From an uncultured Verrucomicrobiae bacterium (GTDB lineage: Bacteria > Verrucomicrobiota > Verrucomicrobiia > Chthoniobacterales > UBA10450), in the NCBI GenBank assembly GCA_963834385.1, contig CAWIBO010000002.1, forward strand, positions 864,001-928,000: DNA of 64,000 nt, written 5' to 3'. Positions 43,776 to 54,281 of this stretch are shown piece by piece. Both the position numbers and the translations under genes were made by a program. Every line of letters begins with the position of its first letter. Position 1 is the first letter of the stretch. Under the pieces are notes generated by a model. The model was not told the origin of the DNA. It saw only the letters and a list, made by a program, of their open reading frames with translations, and made no database searches.

Positions 43776-45485
43776 ATGCAAACGTTTCAGGCGATACTCG
43801 CCCGCCGGGTCATTGATGCGCTCCGCGACCTCGGTCTGCCGGAAGCCGGCGATGTCACCCCCTCAGCCGATGGCCGCTTCGGCGATTACCAGTCGAACGC
43901 CGCCCTGATCCTGGCCAAACAGCGCCGGGAGAACCCGCGCGAGCTCGCGGAAAAAATCGCGGCGCAAATCAAGGTGGAGGATCTGTGCGCGGCCGCGCCC
44001 TCGGTCGCTGGGGCCGGTTTCATCAACTTCACCATCAAGGCCGCGGCCGCCGGCGCGCGCCTGCTCGATCTCCTGCAGGACGACCGACTCGGTGTCGCGC
44101 CCGTGGAAGCCCCGCGCCGAATCGTGATCGATTTCGGTTCGCCCAACGTGGCCAAGCCGATGCACATCGGTCACATCCGCAGCAATACCCTCGGCGACGC
44201 CCTGGCCCGCATCGCCGCCTTCCTCGGCCACGACGTCATCCGCGACAATCATCTCGGCGACTGGGGCACGCAGTTCGGCATGGTCATCCACGGCTGGAAA
44301 CATCTGCTCGATCGCGAGGCCCTGGCCCGCGACCCGATCGCGGAGCTGGTGCGGATCTACAAGGAGACGAATGAGAAAGCCGCAGCCGACGAGGCCGTGC
44401 GCGAGGTTTGTCGGGAAGAGCTGGTCCGATTGCAGGCCGGCGAAGCGGAGAACACCGCCATCTGGCAGGAATGCGTAAAGCTCTCCCTCGGGGAATTCGA
44501 GGCCACCTACGCGCTCCTCGACATTCACTACGACATCCAGCGCGGGGAAAGCTTTTATAACGACCGTCTCGCCGGCGTGGTCGAGCGCCTGCTGCAAAAA
44601 GGAATCGCCGAGCCGAGCGAAGGCGCCGTGGTGGTCTTCTTTCGCGATATCCCCGATCTCGCCGACAAACCGTGCATCATCCGAAAACGCGACGGCGGCT
44701 TCAATTACGCCACGAGCGACGTCGCCACGATTGATTACCGCCTCGACGATCTTGGACGCGACACCCTCTGGTACGTGGTGGGCGCGCCCCAGACCCTGCA
44801 CTTCCGCCAGATCTTCGAGATCGCCCGGCGCGAAGGACGCGTGGCTGATTTTCGCCACATCCCTTTTGGCAGCATCCTCGGGGAGAACCGCAAACTGATG
44901 CGGACCCGTTCGGGCGAAAGCGTTTCCCTCAGCGATGTGCTCGACGAGGCCATGGAACGCGCCCGCAAAATCGTCGAGGAGAAAAGTCCCGAACTCAGCG
45001 CGGACGAGAAGGCCAGGATCGCGCGCATCCTCGGGATCGGCGCCATCAAGTACGCCGAGCTCTCGCAATACCGTATGACCGACTACGTTTTTTCCTGGGA
45101 CCGGATGCTTTCCTTCCAAGGGAACACCGCGCCCTACCTGCAGAACGCCTACGTCCGGATCCAGTCGATTTTCCGCAAGGCCGGCGAAGTTCCGGCGAGG
45201 CCCGCGGAGGTTTCGCTGACGGAACCGGCGGAGGAAATGCTGGCGAAGAAACAGGCGCAGTTTGCCGAGATGGTGCCCGCCGTTTTGAACGATTTTCGGC
45301 CGAACCTGCTGGCCAGTTACCTTTTTGAGCTGGCCAACCAGTTCCACGCCTTTTACGAGGCCTGCCCCGTCCTGAAGGCGGAGGAACCGGCGCGCGCCAC
45401 CCGGCTCGCCCTCTGCACCCTCACCGCCCGCATCCTGCACCGGGGCCTGGAACTTCTCGGGATCGAGGTGCCGGAGCGGATGTGA
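43776..45485 (+). CDS. argS: Arginine--tRNA ligase
   Basis: Motifs FGDYQSN, SPNVAKPMHIGHIRS, GDWGTQFG, GNTAPYLQNAYVR and LLGIEVPERM. Confidence 0.97.
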   Translation: MQTFQAILARRVIDALRDLGLPEAGDVTPSADGRFGDYQSNAALILAKQRRENPRELAEKIAAQIKVEDLCAAAPSVAGAGFINFTIKAAAAGARLLDLLQDDRLGVAPVEAPRRIVIDFGSPNVAKPMHIGHIRSNTLGDALARIAAFLGHDVIRDNHLGDWGTQFGMVIHGWKHLLDREALARDPIAELVRIYKETNEKAAADEAVREVCREELVRLQAGEAENTAIWQECVKLSLGEFEATYALLDIHYDIQRGESFYNDRLAGVVERLLQKGIAEPSEGAVVVFFRDIPDLADKPCIIRKRDGGFNYATSDVATIDYRLDDLGRDTLWYVVGAPQTLHFRQIFEIARREGRVADFRHIPFGSILGENRKLMRTRSGESVSLSDVLDEAMERARKIVEEKSPELSADEKARIARILGIGAIKYAELSQYRMTDYVFSWDRMLSFQGNTAPYLQNAYVRIQSIFRKAGEVPARPAEVSLTEPAEEMLAKKQAQFAEMVPAVLNDFRPNLLASYLFELANQFHAFYEACPVLKAEEPARATRLALCTLTARILHRGLELLGIEVPERM

Positions 45486-45567
45486 GCGCTGATTTGCGCT
45501 TGAGCCCGCGTCGTTGTAAGGAATCCGCCCCTCGAACCCGTTCGTTCACCTCAACTTTTCCCGACCC

Positions 45568-46125
45568 ATGGCAGCAGCAAACGACCTCCGTAAAGGCCAG
45601 GCGATCAAATACAATGGCAACACCGCCATCGTCCTCGACGTCCAGCATCGCACCCCGGGCAACCTTCGCGCCTTCGTCCAGGCCATCATCCGCTACATCA
45701 ACACCGGCAAAAGCGCCGACGTCCGCTTCGGCAGCACCGACAAGGTGGAGCTGGTCGACATCGAGCGGAAGACGCTCGAGTTCAGTTACAAGGATAACAC
45801 TGGCATCCATTTCATGGACCCGCAGACCTATGAGACCGTCACCCTGCAGGAAAACCTGCTCGAGGAGGCCCAGGGTTATTTGGTGGAAAATCTCCCCGTG
45901 GAAGTGCTTTACGCCGAAGGGCGCGCCGTCCAGGTCGAGCTCCCTTCCTCCGTCAGCCTGAAAGTGACCGAGTCACCCGAAGGCCTCCGCGGCGACACCG
46001 CCAGCAACGTGACCAAGCCCGCCCTGCTCGAGACCGGCAAAACGGTCAACGTTCCTCTCTTCATCAACGAAGGCGAAACGATCAAGATCGATACCCGCAC
46101 CGGCACCTACATGGGCCGCGCCTAG
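45568..46125 (+). CDS. efp: Elongation factor P
   Basis: Motifs DLRKG, HRTPGNLRAF loop, FMD..TYE, GLRGDT, KPA.LETG, VPLFI..GE and DTRTG.Y. Confidence 0.96.
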   Translation: MAAANDLRKGQAIKYNGNTAIVLDVQHRTPGNLRAFVQAIIRYINTGKSADVRFGSTDKVELVDIERKTLEFSYKDNTGIHFMDPQTYETVTLQENLLEEAQGYLVENLPVEVLYAEGRAVQVELPSSVSLKVTESPEGLRGDTASNVTKPALLETGKTVNVPLFINEGETIKIDTRTGTYMGRA

Positions 46126-46134
46126 GCGCAAAAC

Positions 46135-46506
46135 GAATCAGGAAAGCAGGAACCAAGGAATTTACCGCCCCTTGCTGGCGTTCCTGGCTTCCAAATTCCC
46201 TTCCCCTCTCCGCGACCTCCGCGCCCACCGCGTGAGGCTCCCCGGTTCCGCCAACCCCGGTAGGGCGCCCTACACCAAACGGAGAAGAATCAGGAAAGCA
46301 GGAACCCAGGAAAACTCACCGGTGGTCCCCTTCCTGCGTTCCTGGTTTCCAAATTCGCTCTTCTCCCTCCGCGACCTCAGCGTGAGGCTCGCCCGTTCCC
46401 CTAATCCCTGGAGCGCGTCCTACACTAAACCAAGAGGAATCCGGAAAGTGGGAAACCACCAAAACTCACCAGTCTTCCCCTTCCTGCGTTCCTGGTTTCC
46501 AAATTC
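46135..46506. repeat. Composite tandem repeat, ~150 bp x 2.5, each unit with an internal palindrome (BIME-like)
   Basis: Units start at 46135, 46287 and 46437 with GAATC(A/C)GGAAAG...TTCCTGG(C/T)TTCCAAATTC. The first two continue with CTCCGCGACCTC..GCGTGAGGCTC and CCTACAC.AAAC. Confidence 0.9.
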
Positions 46507-46556
46507 GTTTCCCTCTGCCTAAGCTCCCGTGATCCCATGAACCCGGCAGCCTTCTG

Positions 46557-47375
46557 ATGAGCCCCCGCAAGAGGTCCACCCGAGTTCGGCCCCAACCGCG
46601 CGGCCGGGTGAAGATCCCTCCCTACGTCGTCCCAACCACGCGCCGACCACCCGGGCCGGAGCCGCTCATGGTGCCGACCAAATGGGTCAAATTCATCGTT
46701 GCCCTCTTCCTGCTCCCGATCTGTCTGATCCTGAGCCAGACCTTTTTCACCGTCTTCACCCGGGCGACCATGACGCAGCGCCTCTGGGCGGGGGAAGAGT
46801 TCTGGTTCTTTTCCCTCGGCGTCGTTCTCTGGCTGATCGCCTTCTTTGGATTGCCCCGTCCGCTGGTCCTTTATGTTTTCGGCCACGAACTGACCCACGC
46901 GCTCTGGGTCTGGCTCATGGGCGGACGGGTCTCGCAGTTTCGCGTCAGCCGGGAAGGCGGACATATCGTGACTGACCGGAACAATTTCTGGATTGCGCTC
47001 ACCCCCTACTTCATCCCGATCTACAGCATCCTGGCGCTCGCGGCCTATGGAGTGGCCAGCCTGTTCACCGGGATGCAGCCTTACGGCCGCCTGCTCTATG
47101 CGGTGATCGGCGTGACCTGGGCTTTCCACTTCACCTTTACCTGCTCGATGATCCCGAAGAAACAGAGCGATCTCTCGGAGAACGGGACCTTTTTCTCCCT
47201 CGTCCTTATCTACCTGATGAACCTGCTCCTGCTCGTTTTCATGCTCATCATTGCCTCGACGGAGGTGAGCTTCGCCAACTTCGGCCTCGAGCTCGGCGCC
47301 AATCTTGGCCGGTTCGCCGACAACGTTCTCCTGCTCTTCGACCGTTTTGCGCGCGGCGCGCACTCCCCTTACTGA
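46557..47375 (+). CDS. Membrane protein with HExxH motif (M50-like metallopeptidase)
   Basis: Several TMs, with YVFGHELTHALW and NFWIALTPYFIP. Confidence 0.7.
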   Translation: MSPRKRSTRVRPQPRGRVKIPPYVVPTTRRPPGPEPLMVPTKWVKFIVALFLLPICLILSQTFFTVFTRATMTQRLWAGEEFWFFSLGVVLWLIAFFGLPRPLVLYVFGHELTHALWVWLMGGRVSQFRVSREGGHIVTDRNNFWIALTPYFIPIYSILALAAYGVASLFTGMQPYGRLLYAVIGVTWAFHFTFTCSMIPKKQSDLSENGTFFSLVLIYLMNLLLLVFMLIIASTEVSFANFGLELGANLGRFADNVLLLFDRFARGAHSPY

Positions 47376-50261
47376 GTCGCCAGCGCGGCAAACGGAAAAT
47401 CGGCCAGCGCCTCGGCCAGAACAAGCTGCGCGCCGTCCTGTTGAAACACGCGCCCGGTGTGAAGATCGCGCCATGTCGCTCCGGCCAGGTCCGGCGGCAG
47501 TTCAACCGCCGTCTCCAGCCAGCGCTCGCCCACGGGCGGAAACCCGACCCGCGAGGAAAGCCGCGGCGTCACCACGATCAGCGTTTTTCCTTCATGCCGG
47601 CGCGCGTAAGCGACCACGGAGTCGGCGTGACTGCCGGAAGCCGTCAGCGCCTCGTAACTGCCGCTGCAAAACAGCCCGGGATGCTCGCGCCGGAAATGGA
47701 GCAGGCGCGTCGTGGCCAAAAGCTTGATCCGCCCATCCGGCCAGTTCTCGAGCAGCTCGGCCGGGCGCGCTCCCGCCAGGGCCGACAGCATCTGGCGGCG
47801 CCGCTCGTAGTCCACCGGCCGGCGATTGTCGGGATCCACCATGCTGTCGTCCCAGATTTCGGTTCCCTGATAAAAATCGGGCACGCCCGGCACGGTCAGT
47901 TTCCGGATGGTCTGCGCTGAGTGAGTTGATTGCCCCCAGTCGCGCCAGCTCGCCGGCAAACGGGAGAAAGGCGCGGAACGAGTTGTTGCGCGATCCCGGG
48001 GCGAGCAGCTTTCGCGATGAACTCGCCGACCGCGTTGTCCCAGGCCTCATTGGGCTGGATCCAGCTCGTGTTGAGCTTGGCCTCCTTCAGCGCCTTCGCC
48101 ATGTAGGCCTGGATTCGCTCGATATAATTCCCGTCCACTTCCGGCGCCGGTTCCCCGTTCGCCTGCAGCGGCCAGGTCCCGAGGAGAATCTGGTAAAAGA
48201 GATATTCCTCGTTCGCATCCGGCGCTTCCTCCTCCTCCAGGCGCGTCTTGTGGCGCCGGTTGAGCGTGCGCCATTTTTGCAGGCCGCTCCGCCAGGCACG
48301 CGGTTGCTCCGAGATCGCCGCCATGCGCGCCCGCACATCCTCGCTCCGCTTGGTGTCGTGCGTGGAGGTGGTCAGGAGCGAGTGCGGCCATTTCTCCGCG
48401 CCGGTCTGCGTTCCGCTCGTGAAACTCCGCGAGGGACAATCCGAAACGCTGGGGTTCGCCCCCAACCTCGTTCAGCGCCACCAGCCGGTTGTAGATATAG
48501 AAGGCCGTGTCCTCGAGACCCTTGGCCATGATCGGCCCGGTCGCCTGTTGAAACTTGAGCACAAATGTTCGTGGTCGCGCGCGCCTCGTCATCCAGGTGT
48601 CTCCGGGAAACGGAACAACAGGACGTCGCGCAGGAAATTGAAGACCGATTCCTCCAGCGCCGGGTTCCGGCGTTTGGCCGACGCTGACCGCGCGCTCCAC
48701 CACCAGCCTGTCCTCCTCGCTGACCGGCCGACCCGGGGCGAGATAGGTGCGGTAGACCGGGAAACAGGCAATGATTTCGCGCACCGCGTGGTTCAGCGCG
48801 TCGAGGGTGAAATCGCGGAACCAGCGGTTCTGTTCCGAGAGTCGATCGAGCATGCTCCCGAGCACGTTCACGTCGTTGGCCAGGGAAAGCCGCATCACCA
48901 GCCGCTTCTTCGCGTAGACCAGGTGCCCGAAATGCAGGTTGTGCCCGAGGAAACGCTTGAAGATCGCCGCTGATCGTCCGTCTCGGCCGAGTGTCCACCA
49001 GCAGCCCGACCGCGTCGTTCGTGAAATCGTATCCGGTGGTCCCGTGCACCGGCCATTCCGCGCGCAGTTTCTCGTGGCCGCTCAGGATCTTCTCGATCAG
49101 CAGGTAAATGAACGCGCCGTCCGGCCCCGGCTTCCCGCTGCCTGACCTCGGCACAGACGCTGCTGCAGTTTCTCGAAATATTCGCGTGGACGATAAAGAC
49201 CGTCCGGATGATCGATGCGCAATCCGGTGATGGCGCCCTCCGCCACCAGTTGCAAGAGCAGGCCGTGGGTGGCCTCGAAGACCTCGGGCAATTCCATCCG
49301 GATCGCGGCGAGGTCGTTGACGTCGAAGAACCGCCGGTAATTGATCTCCTCCGCCGCGACCCGCCAGAAAGCAGAGACGGTAAGCTTGCGCGTTCGAGCA
49401 CTCGTGCGAGCAGATCAAAGCGTCGCGGGTCGCCGGCCGTGCCGTTGATCTTCTCGACCGCCTGCTCCATGGCCGTCGCGCACGCCGGCGCCTCGTGCGC
49501 GCCGCTCGAGACGCCGTTTGACGATCTCTTTCTCGCGCGCCCGCTCGGCGATTGTTTCGGGTCCGTCTCGCTGCGCTTCGGCAGGTACTCGAGCGCGGTC
49601 CGGATGCTCTGGAGCTCGGAAACGGGTGACCAGCGTCTTGATGCTCACCGTAGCGGTGGAATCTCCGCCCTGCGGATACGCCAAGAATTTCGAGCACGAC
49701 CTGCAGGATTTGCCCGTAGCTCCGCGGGTGATCGGGAACGGTTGTCAAAGTAATGGAGACAAAACGCGCCGCCCTCGTAGGCCAGCTTCAGCTCGCCGCG
49801 CTCCAGCACGCGCCCGTATTGGTCGCCCAGCATCGGCAGCAGCACGCGGTTGTCGAGTTCGCCCTTCAGCGGATGCAAGTCAATGTCGAAGTAGCGGCGC
49901 GTAAATCGAGCTCGGCCCGTTCTCGAGCACGTCCATCCACCAGAGTTGGTCGGCTCGCCGATGCCCATGTGGTTCGGCACGAAATCGACGATCAACCCAT
50001 CCCGTGACGCTGCAGTTCCGCGCACACGCGTCGAAATCCTCCGGCGTACCGATCTCCGCGATTCAGCTGGTTGTGATCGATGACGTCGTAGCCATGCATG
50101 CTGCCCGCACCGCGCGGAAATACGGCGACGCATACACGTCGGTGATACCAAGGTCGTGCAGGTAGGACACGATTCCTGCGCGCTCCCGGAACGTGAAACT
50201 CCTTGTTGAACTGCAACCGGTAGGTGGCTGACGGAATGCGTGGCTGGACGGGGTCTGGCAT
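47369..50261 (-). pseudogene. treY: Malto-oligosyltrehalose synthase (GH13), many frameshifts (degraded gene or poor consensus)
   Basis: Fragments in several frames: [94 protein letters not shown] and VDPDNRRPVD. Confidence 0.9.
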
Positions 50262-50386
50262 GCGAAAAGGGGGGCTATTCTGATCGTTCAATTATCGCTC
50301 CCCGACAAGGGAGAGGCCGGCCCGGCGGCGAAAACGGGGCAGATACCGCTTTTCTCAGGCGCGCCCTTGGCTAGCGTTGCCGCCCG

Positions 50387-52828
50387 ATGACAGGTGCAGA
50401 ATCAGTTCCGCGTCCTCCCGGGGCGGTCGTCTGGTCGCTCCCGCTGGTCATGCTGCTGTTTATCGGGTCCGGCGCGGCCGCCCTCATTTACGAGGTGGTC
50501 TGGCTGCAGCTCCTTCAGCTTTCCATCGGTTCTTCGGCGCTCTCCGTGGGCGTGCTCCTCGGCACCTTCATGGGTGGCATGTGCCTTGGAAGTTTTTTGC
50601 TGCCCCGCTTCCTGAAACCGGCCCATCACCCGCTGCGGGTTTACGCTTTCCTGGAAGCGGGCATCGGTCTTCTTGGCCTGGCTTCCCTTTACCTGGTGCC
50701 CATGGCCGGGCGTCTTTACACCACGGTGGCGGGGAGCGGACCCGCCAGCGTTTTCCTGCGCGCGCTCGTGGCCGCGGCGGTCCTGTTGCCCCCCACGCTC
50801 CTCATGGGCGCCACCCTCCCGGCCATCGCCCGGTGGGTCCGGGCAACGCCCCGGGGCGTGCAATGGCTTGGATTCTTTTACGCCGGCAACATCGCCGGCG
50901 CCGTCGCCGGATGCCTGCTCGCCGGCTTTTACCTGCTCCGCGTTTTCAACATGGCCACGGCCGCCTTTGTCGCGGTCGGTCTTAATCTTCTGGTTGCGGG
51001 CCTGGCCTTTCTCCTCGCCCGGCCCGCGCCTCCCGTGATCATCGAGGAAACGCCCACCCACGCCGGCCAGCCGCCCGGCTCACGCCTGATCTACCTGGCC
51101 ATCGCTCTCTCGGGATTCACGGCACTCGGCGCGGAAGTGATCTGGACGCGCCTGCTCGCTCTCCTTTATGGCGGTACCACCTACACCTTCTCCCTGATCC
51201 TCGCGGTTTTTCTCACCGGCCTCGGGATCGGCAGCGGGATCGGCGCCCGCCTGGCGCGCGGTCTGGCCAGCAGCAGCGTGGCGCTGGGCTGGTGCCAGGC
51301 TGGTCTTTGTCTCGCCCTCGCCTGGGGCGCTTATGCCACCGGAGCGGCCCTGCCGTTCTGGCCGGTCAACCCGCAGCTCAACACCGGGAACGCCTTCAAA
51401 TTCCAGCTCGATGTCATGCGCACCCTCTTCGCTCTTCTCCCGGCGGCCGTTCTCTGGGGCATGTCGTTCCCCCTCGCGGTCGGGGCGCTGGCCGGGCGCG
51501 GCCAGGATGCGGGACGGCTCGTCGGCGGGGTCTACGCCGCCAACACCCTCGGGGCCGTGCTCGGCGCCCTCGTCACGGGCCTGGTTCTCGTCGGCACGGT
51601 CGGGAGCAGCGTGGCCCAGCAAATCTTCATCCTCCTCGCCGCGGTCGCGGCTTTCGCCGCCTGGTTCGCCGGCGCCAGACCGGACGGAATGCCGGGGCGC
51701 CTGCTTTGGCAGGGCACGGCGGCGACCCTGGCCGCCACTTTTGTCCTGGCGGTGCCGCCGCCACCCGCGCTCCTGATCGCCTACGGCCGTTACGTCGCCG
51801 TCTTCGGCCATCAAAGCGAGGTGATCTACGCCGAGGAAGGGGTTACGGCTTCGGTCGCGGTCAGCCGCACGGCGGAAGGCGTGGTCTTTTATCACAATGC
51901 CGGCAAGGCCCAGGCCTCCAGCCGCCCGCACGACATGCGCCTGCAACGAATGCTCGGGCATATCACCACGCTGGCGCCGCGCAACCCGGAGAAGGTCCTC
52001 GTCATTGGCTGCGGCGCCGGCGTCACCGCCGGTGCCGTCTCGATCGATCCCCGGGTGAAAAAAGAGATCATCGCGGAGATCGAGCCGGTCGTTCCCCGGA
52101 TCGCCTCGCGCTATTTCGGCGACCATAACTTTCACGTCATCAGCAACCCGAAGGTGAGCGTTCACCTCGATGATGCGCGCCATTATCTCCTCACGACCGA
52201 CGAGAAATTCGACGCCATCACTTCCGACCCGCTCGACGCCTGGGTGAAGGGGTCCGCCACGCTGCATACCCGCGAATTCTTCGAGGAGGTAAAACAACAT
52301 CTTCGGCCGGGCGGCGTGGTCACGGTCTGGGTGCCGCTTTACGAGAACACCGAGGCCTCGGTGAAAAGCGAGATCGCCACTTTCTTCGAGGTTTTTCCCG
52401 AGGGCGCGATTTTTGCCAACACCATTGGCGGGCTGGGCTACGACCTGGTGCTCTTCGGCCAACTGGAGGGAGCGCCCATCCAGGTCGATGAAGCCGAACG
52501 TCGTCTCGAGGACGCGGCCCATCCGGAAATGTTCGAGTCCCTGCGCGAGATCGGCATCCTCTCCGCCGTCACTCTTTTCGGCACCTATGCCGGCAACCGG
52601 GCTGACCTGCGGGAATGGTTGCAGGACGCCGAGATCAACACCGACGGGAATCTCCGGCTGCAATATCTCGCCGGGCTGGGCGCGAGCATGTACCGCAGCG
52701 GGCCCATCTTTCGCGAGATGGTCCGGAACGTCCGTTACCCGGAGAATCTATTTGAGGGCGATCCCGAAACGCTGCGCGCGCTCCGGAACCACATCGAAGG
52801 CAACCTGAGCGGCGGCCGTCCCTTCTAA
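50387..52828 (+). CDS. Fused MFS-like membrane / spermidine synthase-like methyltransferase protein
   Basis: Twice-repeated TM block (SGAAALIYEVVW; SGFTALGAEVIW; YAANTLGAVLG). C-terminal VLVIGCGAGVT, DDARHYL and FDAITSDP. Confidence 0.88.
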   Translation: MTGAESVPRPPGAVVWSLPLVMLLFIGSGAAALIYEVVWLQLLQLSIGSSALSVGVLLGTFMGGMCLGSFLLPRFLKPAHHPLRVYAFLEAGIGLLGLASLYLVPMAGRLYTTVAGSGPASVFLRALVAAAVLLPPTLLMGATLPAIARWVRATPRGVQWLGFFYAGNIAGAVAGCLLAGFYLLRVFNMATAAFVAVGLNLLVAGLAFLLARPAPPVIIEETPTHAGQPPGSRLIYLAIALSGFTALGAEVIWTRLLALLYGGTTYTFSLILAVFLTGLGIGSGIGARLARGLASSSVALGWCQAGLCLALAWGAYATGAALPFWPVNPQLNTGNAFKFQLDVMRTLFALLPAAVLWGMSFPLAVGALAGRGQDAGRLVGGVYAANTLGAVLGALVTGLVLVGTVGSSVAQQIFILLAAVAAFAAWFAGARPDGMPGRLLWQGTAATLAATFVLAVPPPPALLIAYGRYVAVFGHQSEVIYAEEGVTASVAVSRTAEGVVFYHNAGKAQASSRPHDMRLQRMLGHITTLAPRNPEKVLVIGCGAGVTAGAVSIDPRVKKEIIAEIEPVVPRIASRYFGDHNFHVISNPKVSVHLDDARHYLLTTDEKFDAITSDPLDAWVKGSATLHTREFFEEVKQHLRPGGVVTVWVPLYENTEASVKSEIATFFEVFPEGAIFANTIGGLGYDLVLFGQLEGAPIQVDEAERRLEDAAHPEMFESLREIGILSAVTLFGTYAGNRADLREWLQDAEINTDGNLRLQYLAGLGASMYRSGPIFREMVRNVRYPENLFEGDPETLRALRNHIEGNLSGGRPF

Positions 52829-52876
52829 CCTTCGTCGCCGCCAGATCCGGCACATTTGGGGCACACCCCGTCCCTC

Positions 52877-52905
52877 AATCCTGCAAAAATCCTGTTCATC
52901 CTGTC
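52877..52905. repeat. Single arm of the ACAGGAT-family repeat
   Basis: AATCCTGCAAAAATCCTGTTCATCCTGTC resembles the 35186-35212 arm. It lies between convergent genes. Confidence 0.7.
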
Positions 52906-52935
52906 TAAAAAACGACGGCGCGGAGCGGGCAAGGC

Positions 52936-53908
52936 TCAGACCAGTTTCAGCCGCGTCAGGTCCTGCGAATCCACCAGGCCCACCGGCATGTTGGCATCGT
53001 CCACCACGACAAGGTCGTCAATCCGGTGGCGCTGAAGCAGGTTCAACACTTCCACCGCCAGCCTGTCCCGGTGCACCGTGACCGGGTTCAGGGTCATCAG
53101 GTCGGCCACGAGGCGTTCGCCGATGCGCGGGTCGCTTTGAAAATGCCGCGCAAAATCGCCGTGCGTAAAGATTCCCAGCAAAGCCCCGTCGGCCCCCGCG
53201 ACCACCGCCGCGCCGGCCCGCACCGTGGTCATGGCCCCGAGCACCGCGCTGATCGGCGTCTTCCGGGGCGACCAGGGCGAGGGCCTCGCGCGGACGCATG
53301 ACCTGGTGCACCCGGAGAAGCAGGGTGCGCCCGATGGTGCCGCCCGGATGGAACTTCGCAAAATCCTCCTTCCGAAAACCGCGCGCCTCCAGCAGCACCA
53401 TGGCGAGCGCGTCGCCGAGGGCGAGCATCACCGTCGTGCTCGAGGTGGGCGCCAGGTTCAGTGGGCAGGCTTCCTGTTCCACATTCACATCGAGGGTGAT
53501 GTCAGCCGCCTGGGCCAGGGTCGATTTCGGGTTGCCGCAGAGCGCGATGATCCTGACGTCAAAACGCGCGATGGCCGGCAGGACACGCAGCACTTCCTCG
53601 GTCTCGCCGCTGGAGCTGAGCGCCAGGACCACGTCGCCATCCGCCATCATGCCGAGGTCGCCATGGAGGGCGTTCAGGGAACTGAGAACCATGGCCGGCG
53701 AACCGGTGCTGGTGAGGGTGGCCGCGATCTTCTTCCCGATGTTGCCCGATTTGCCGACCCCGACCACGACGATCTTGCCCCGCGCTTCCTGGGAGGCGCG
53801 GATGGCCTCGATCGCCCGGGTGAAATTGTCGTCCAAACGGTCGCGTAACCGTTGCAGCTCGGAAATTTCGATCTCGACGACGCGGCGCGCCTTCCCTAAG
53901 TAGTCCAT
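52936..53908 (-). CDS. kdsD: KpsF/GutQ family arabinose-5-phosphate isomerase (SIS + CBS); frameshift at ~53268
   Basis: Motifs GVGKSGNIGKKIAAT, HGDLG, EACPLNLAPTSST and FHPGG. CBS pair in the second frame. Confidence 0.9.
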
Positions 53909-53981
53909 CGCCGGTGATTGTGCGTGGAGCGCATTCTCCGGGCAAGTTTTAGCGTAACGCCTTAACCTCGACCGCCCACCT

Positions 53982-54281
53982 ATGAAACATCTCCTTTTGC
54001 TCCTCCTGCTCGGCCTTCCCCTCGGCGCCTCCGGGGCCGATTCCTCCTTCAGCCGTTCCGTCGACCGGGAGCAACAGCAGCGGGTGGAGCGGCGCAACGC
54101 CGTCATGCGCCGGGCCGACGTCAATGGCGTGGTCGCACGCGGCCTGCGCGGCGGCAACCCGTTCCAGATGCTGAACCCCAACGCGCCCGCCCGTTACGGC
54201 ACCGCCGAGGAAAGCATCATGTACGACCCGTATACCGGGAAATGGAACGGCATCCGCTTCCTTACCATCTATTTTGACTGA
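53982..54281 (+). CDS. Small secreted hypothetical protein
   Basis: Signal peptide MKHLLLLLLLGLPLGASG, motif NPFQMLNPNAPARYG and an aromatic C-terminus. Confidence 0.65.
   Translation: MKHLLLLLLLGLPLGASGADSSFSRSVDREQQQRVERRNAVMRRADVNGVVARGLRGGNPFQMLNPNAPARYGTAEESIMYDPYTGKWNGIRFLTIYFD

Noticed and set aside
42558..43781. 407 aa ORF as an intact permease
   Set aside because: It is a chimera of antisense PTS IIA sequence, ~120 real permease codons and antisense GT2 sequence.
46135..46506. Possible CRISPR array, or the 116 aa ORF 46172-46522
   Set aside because: The intervening segments are homologous rather than unique spacers, the period is ~150 bp and no cas genes are present. The ORF is just translated repeat.
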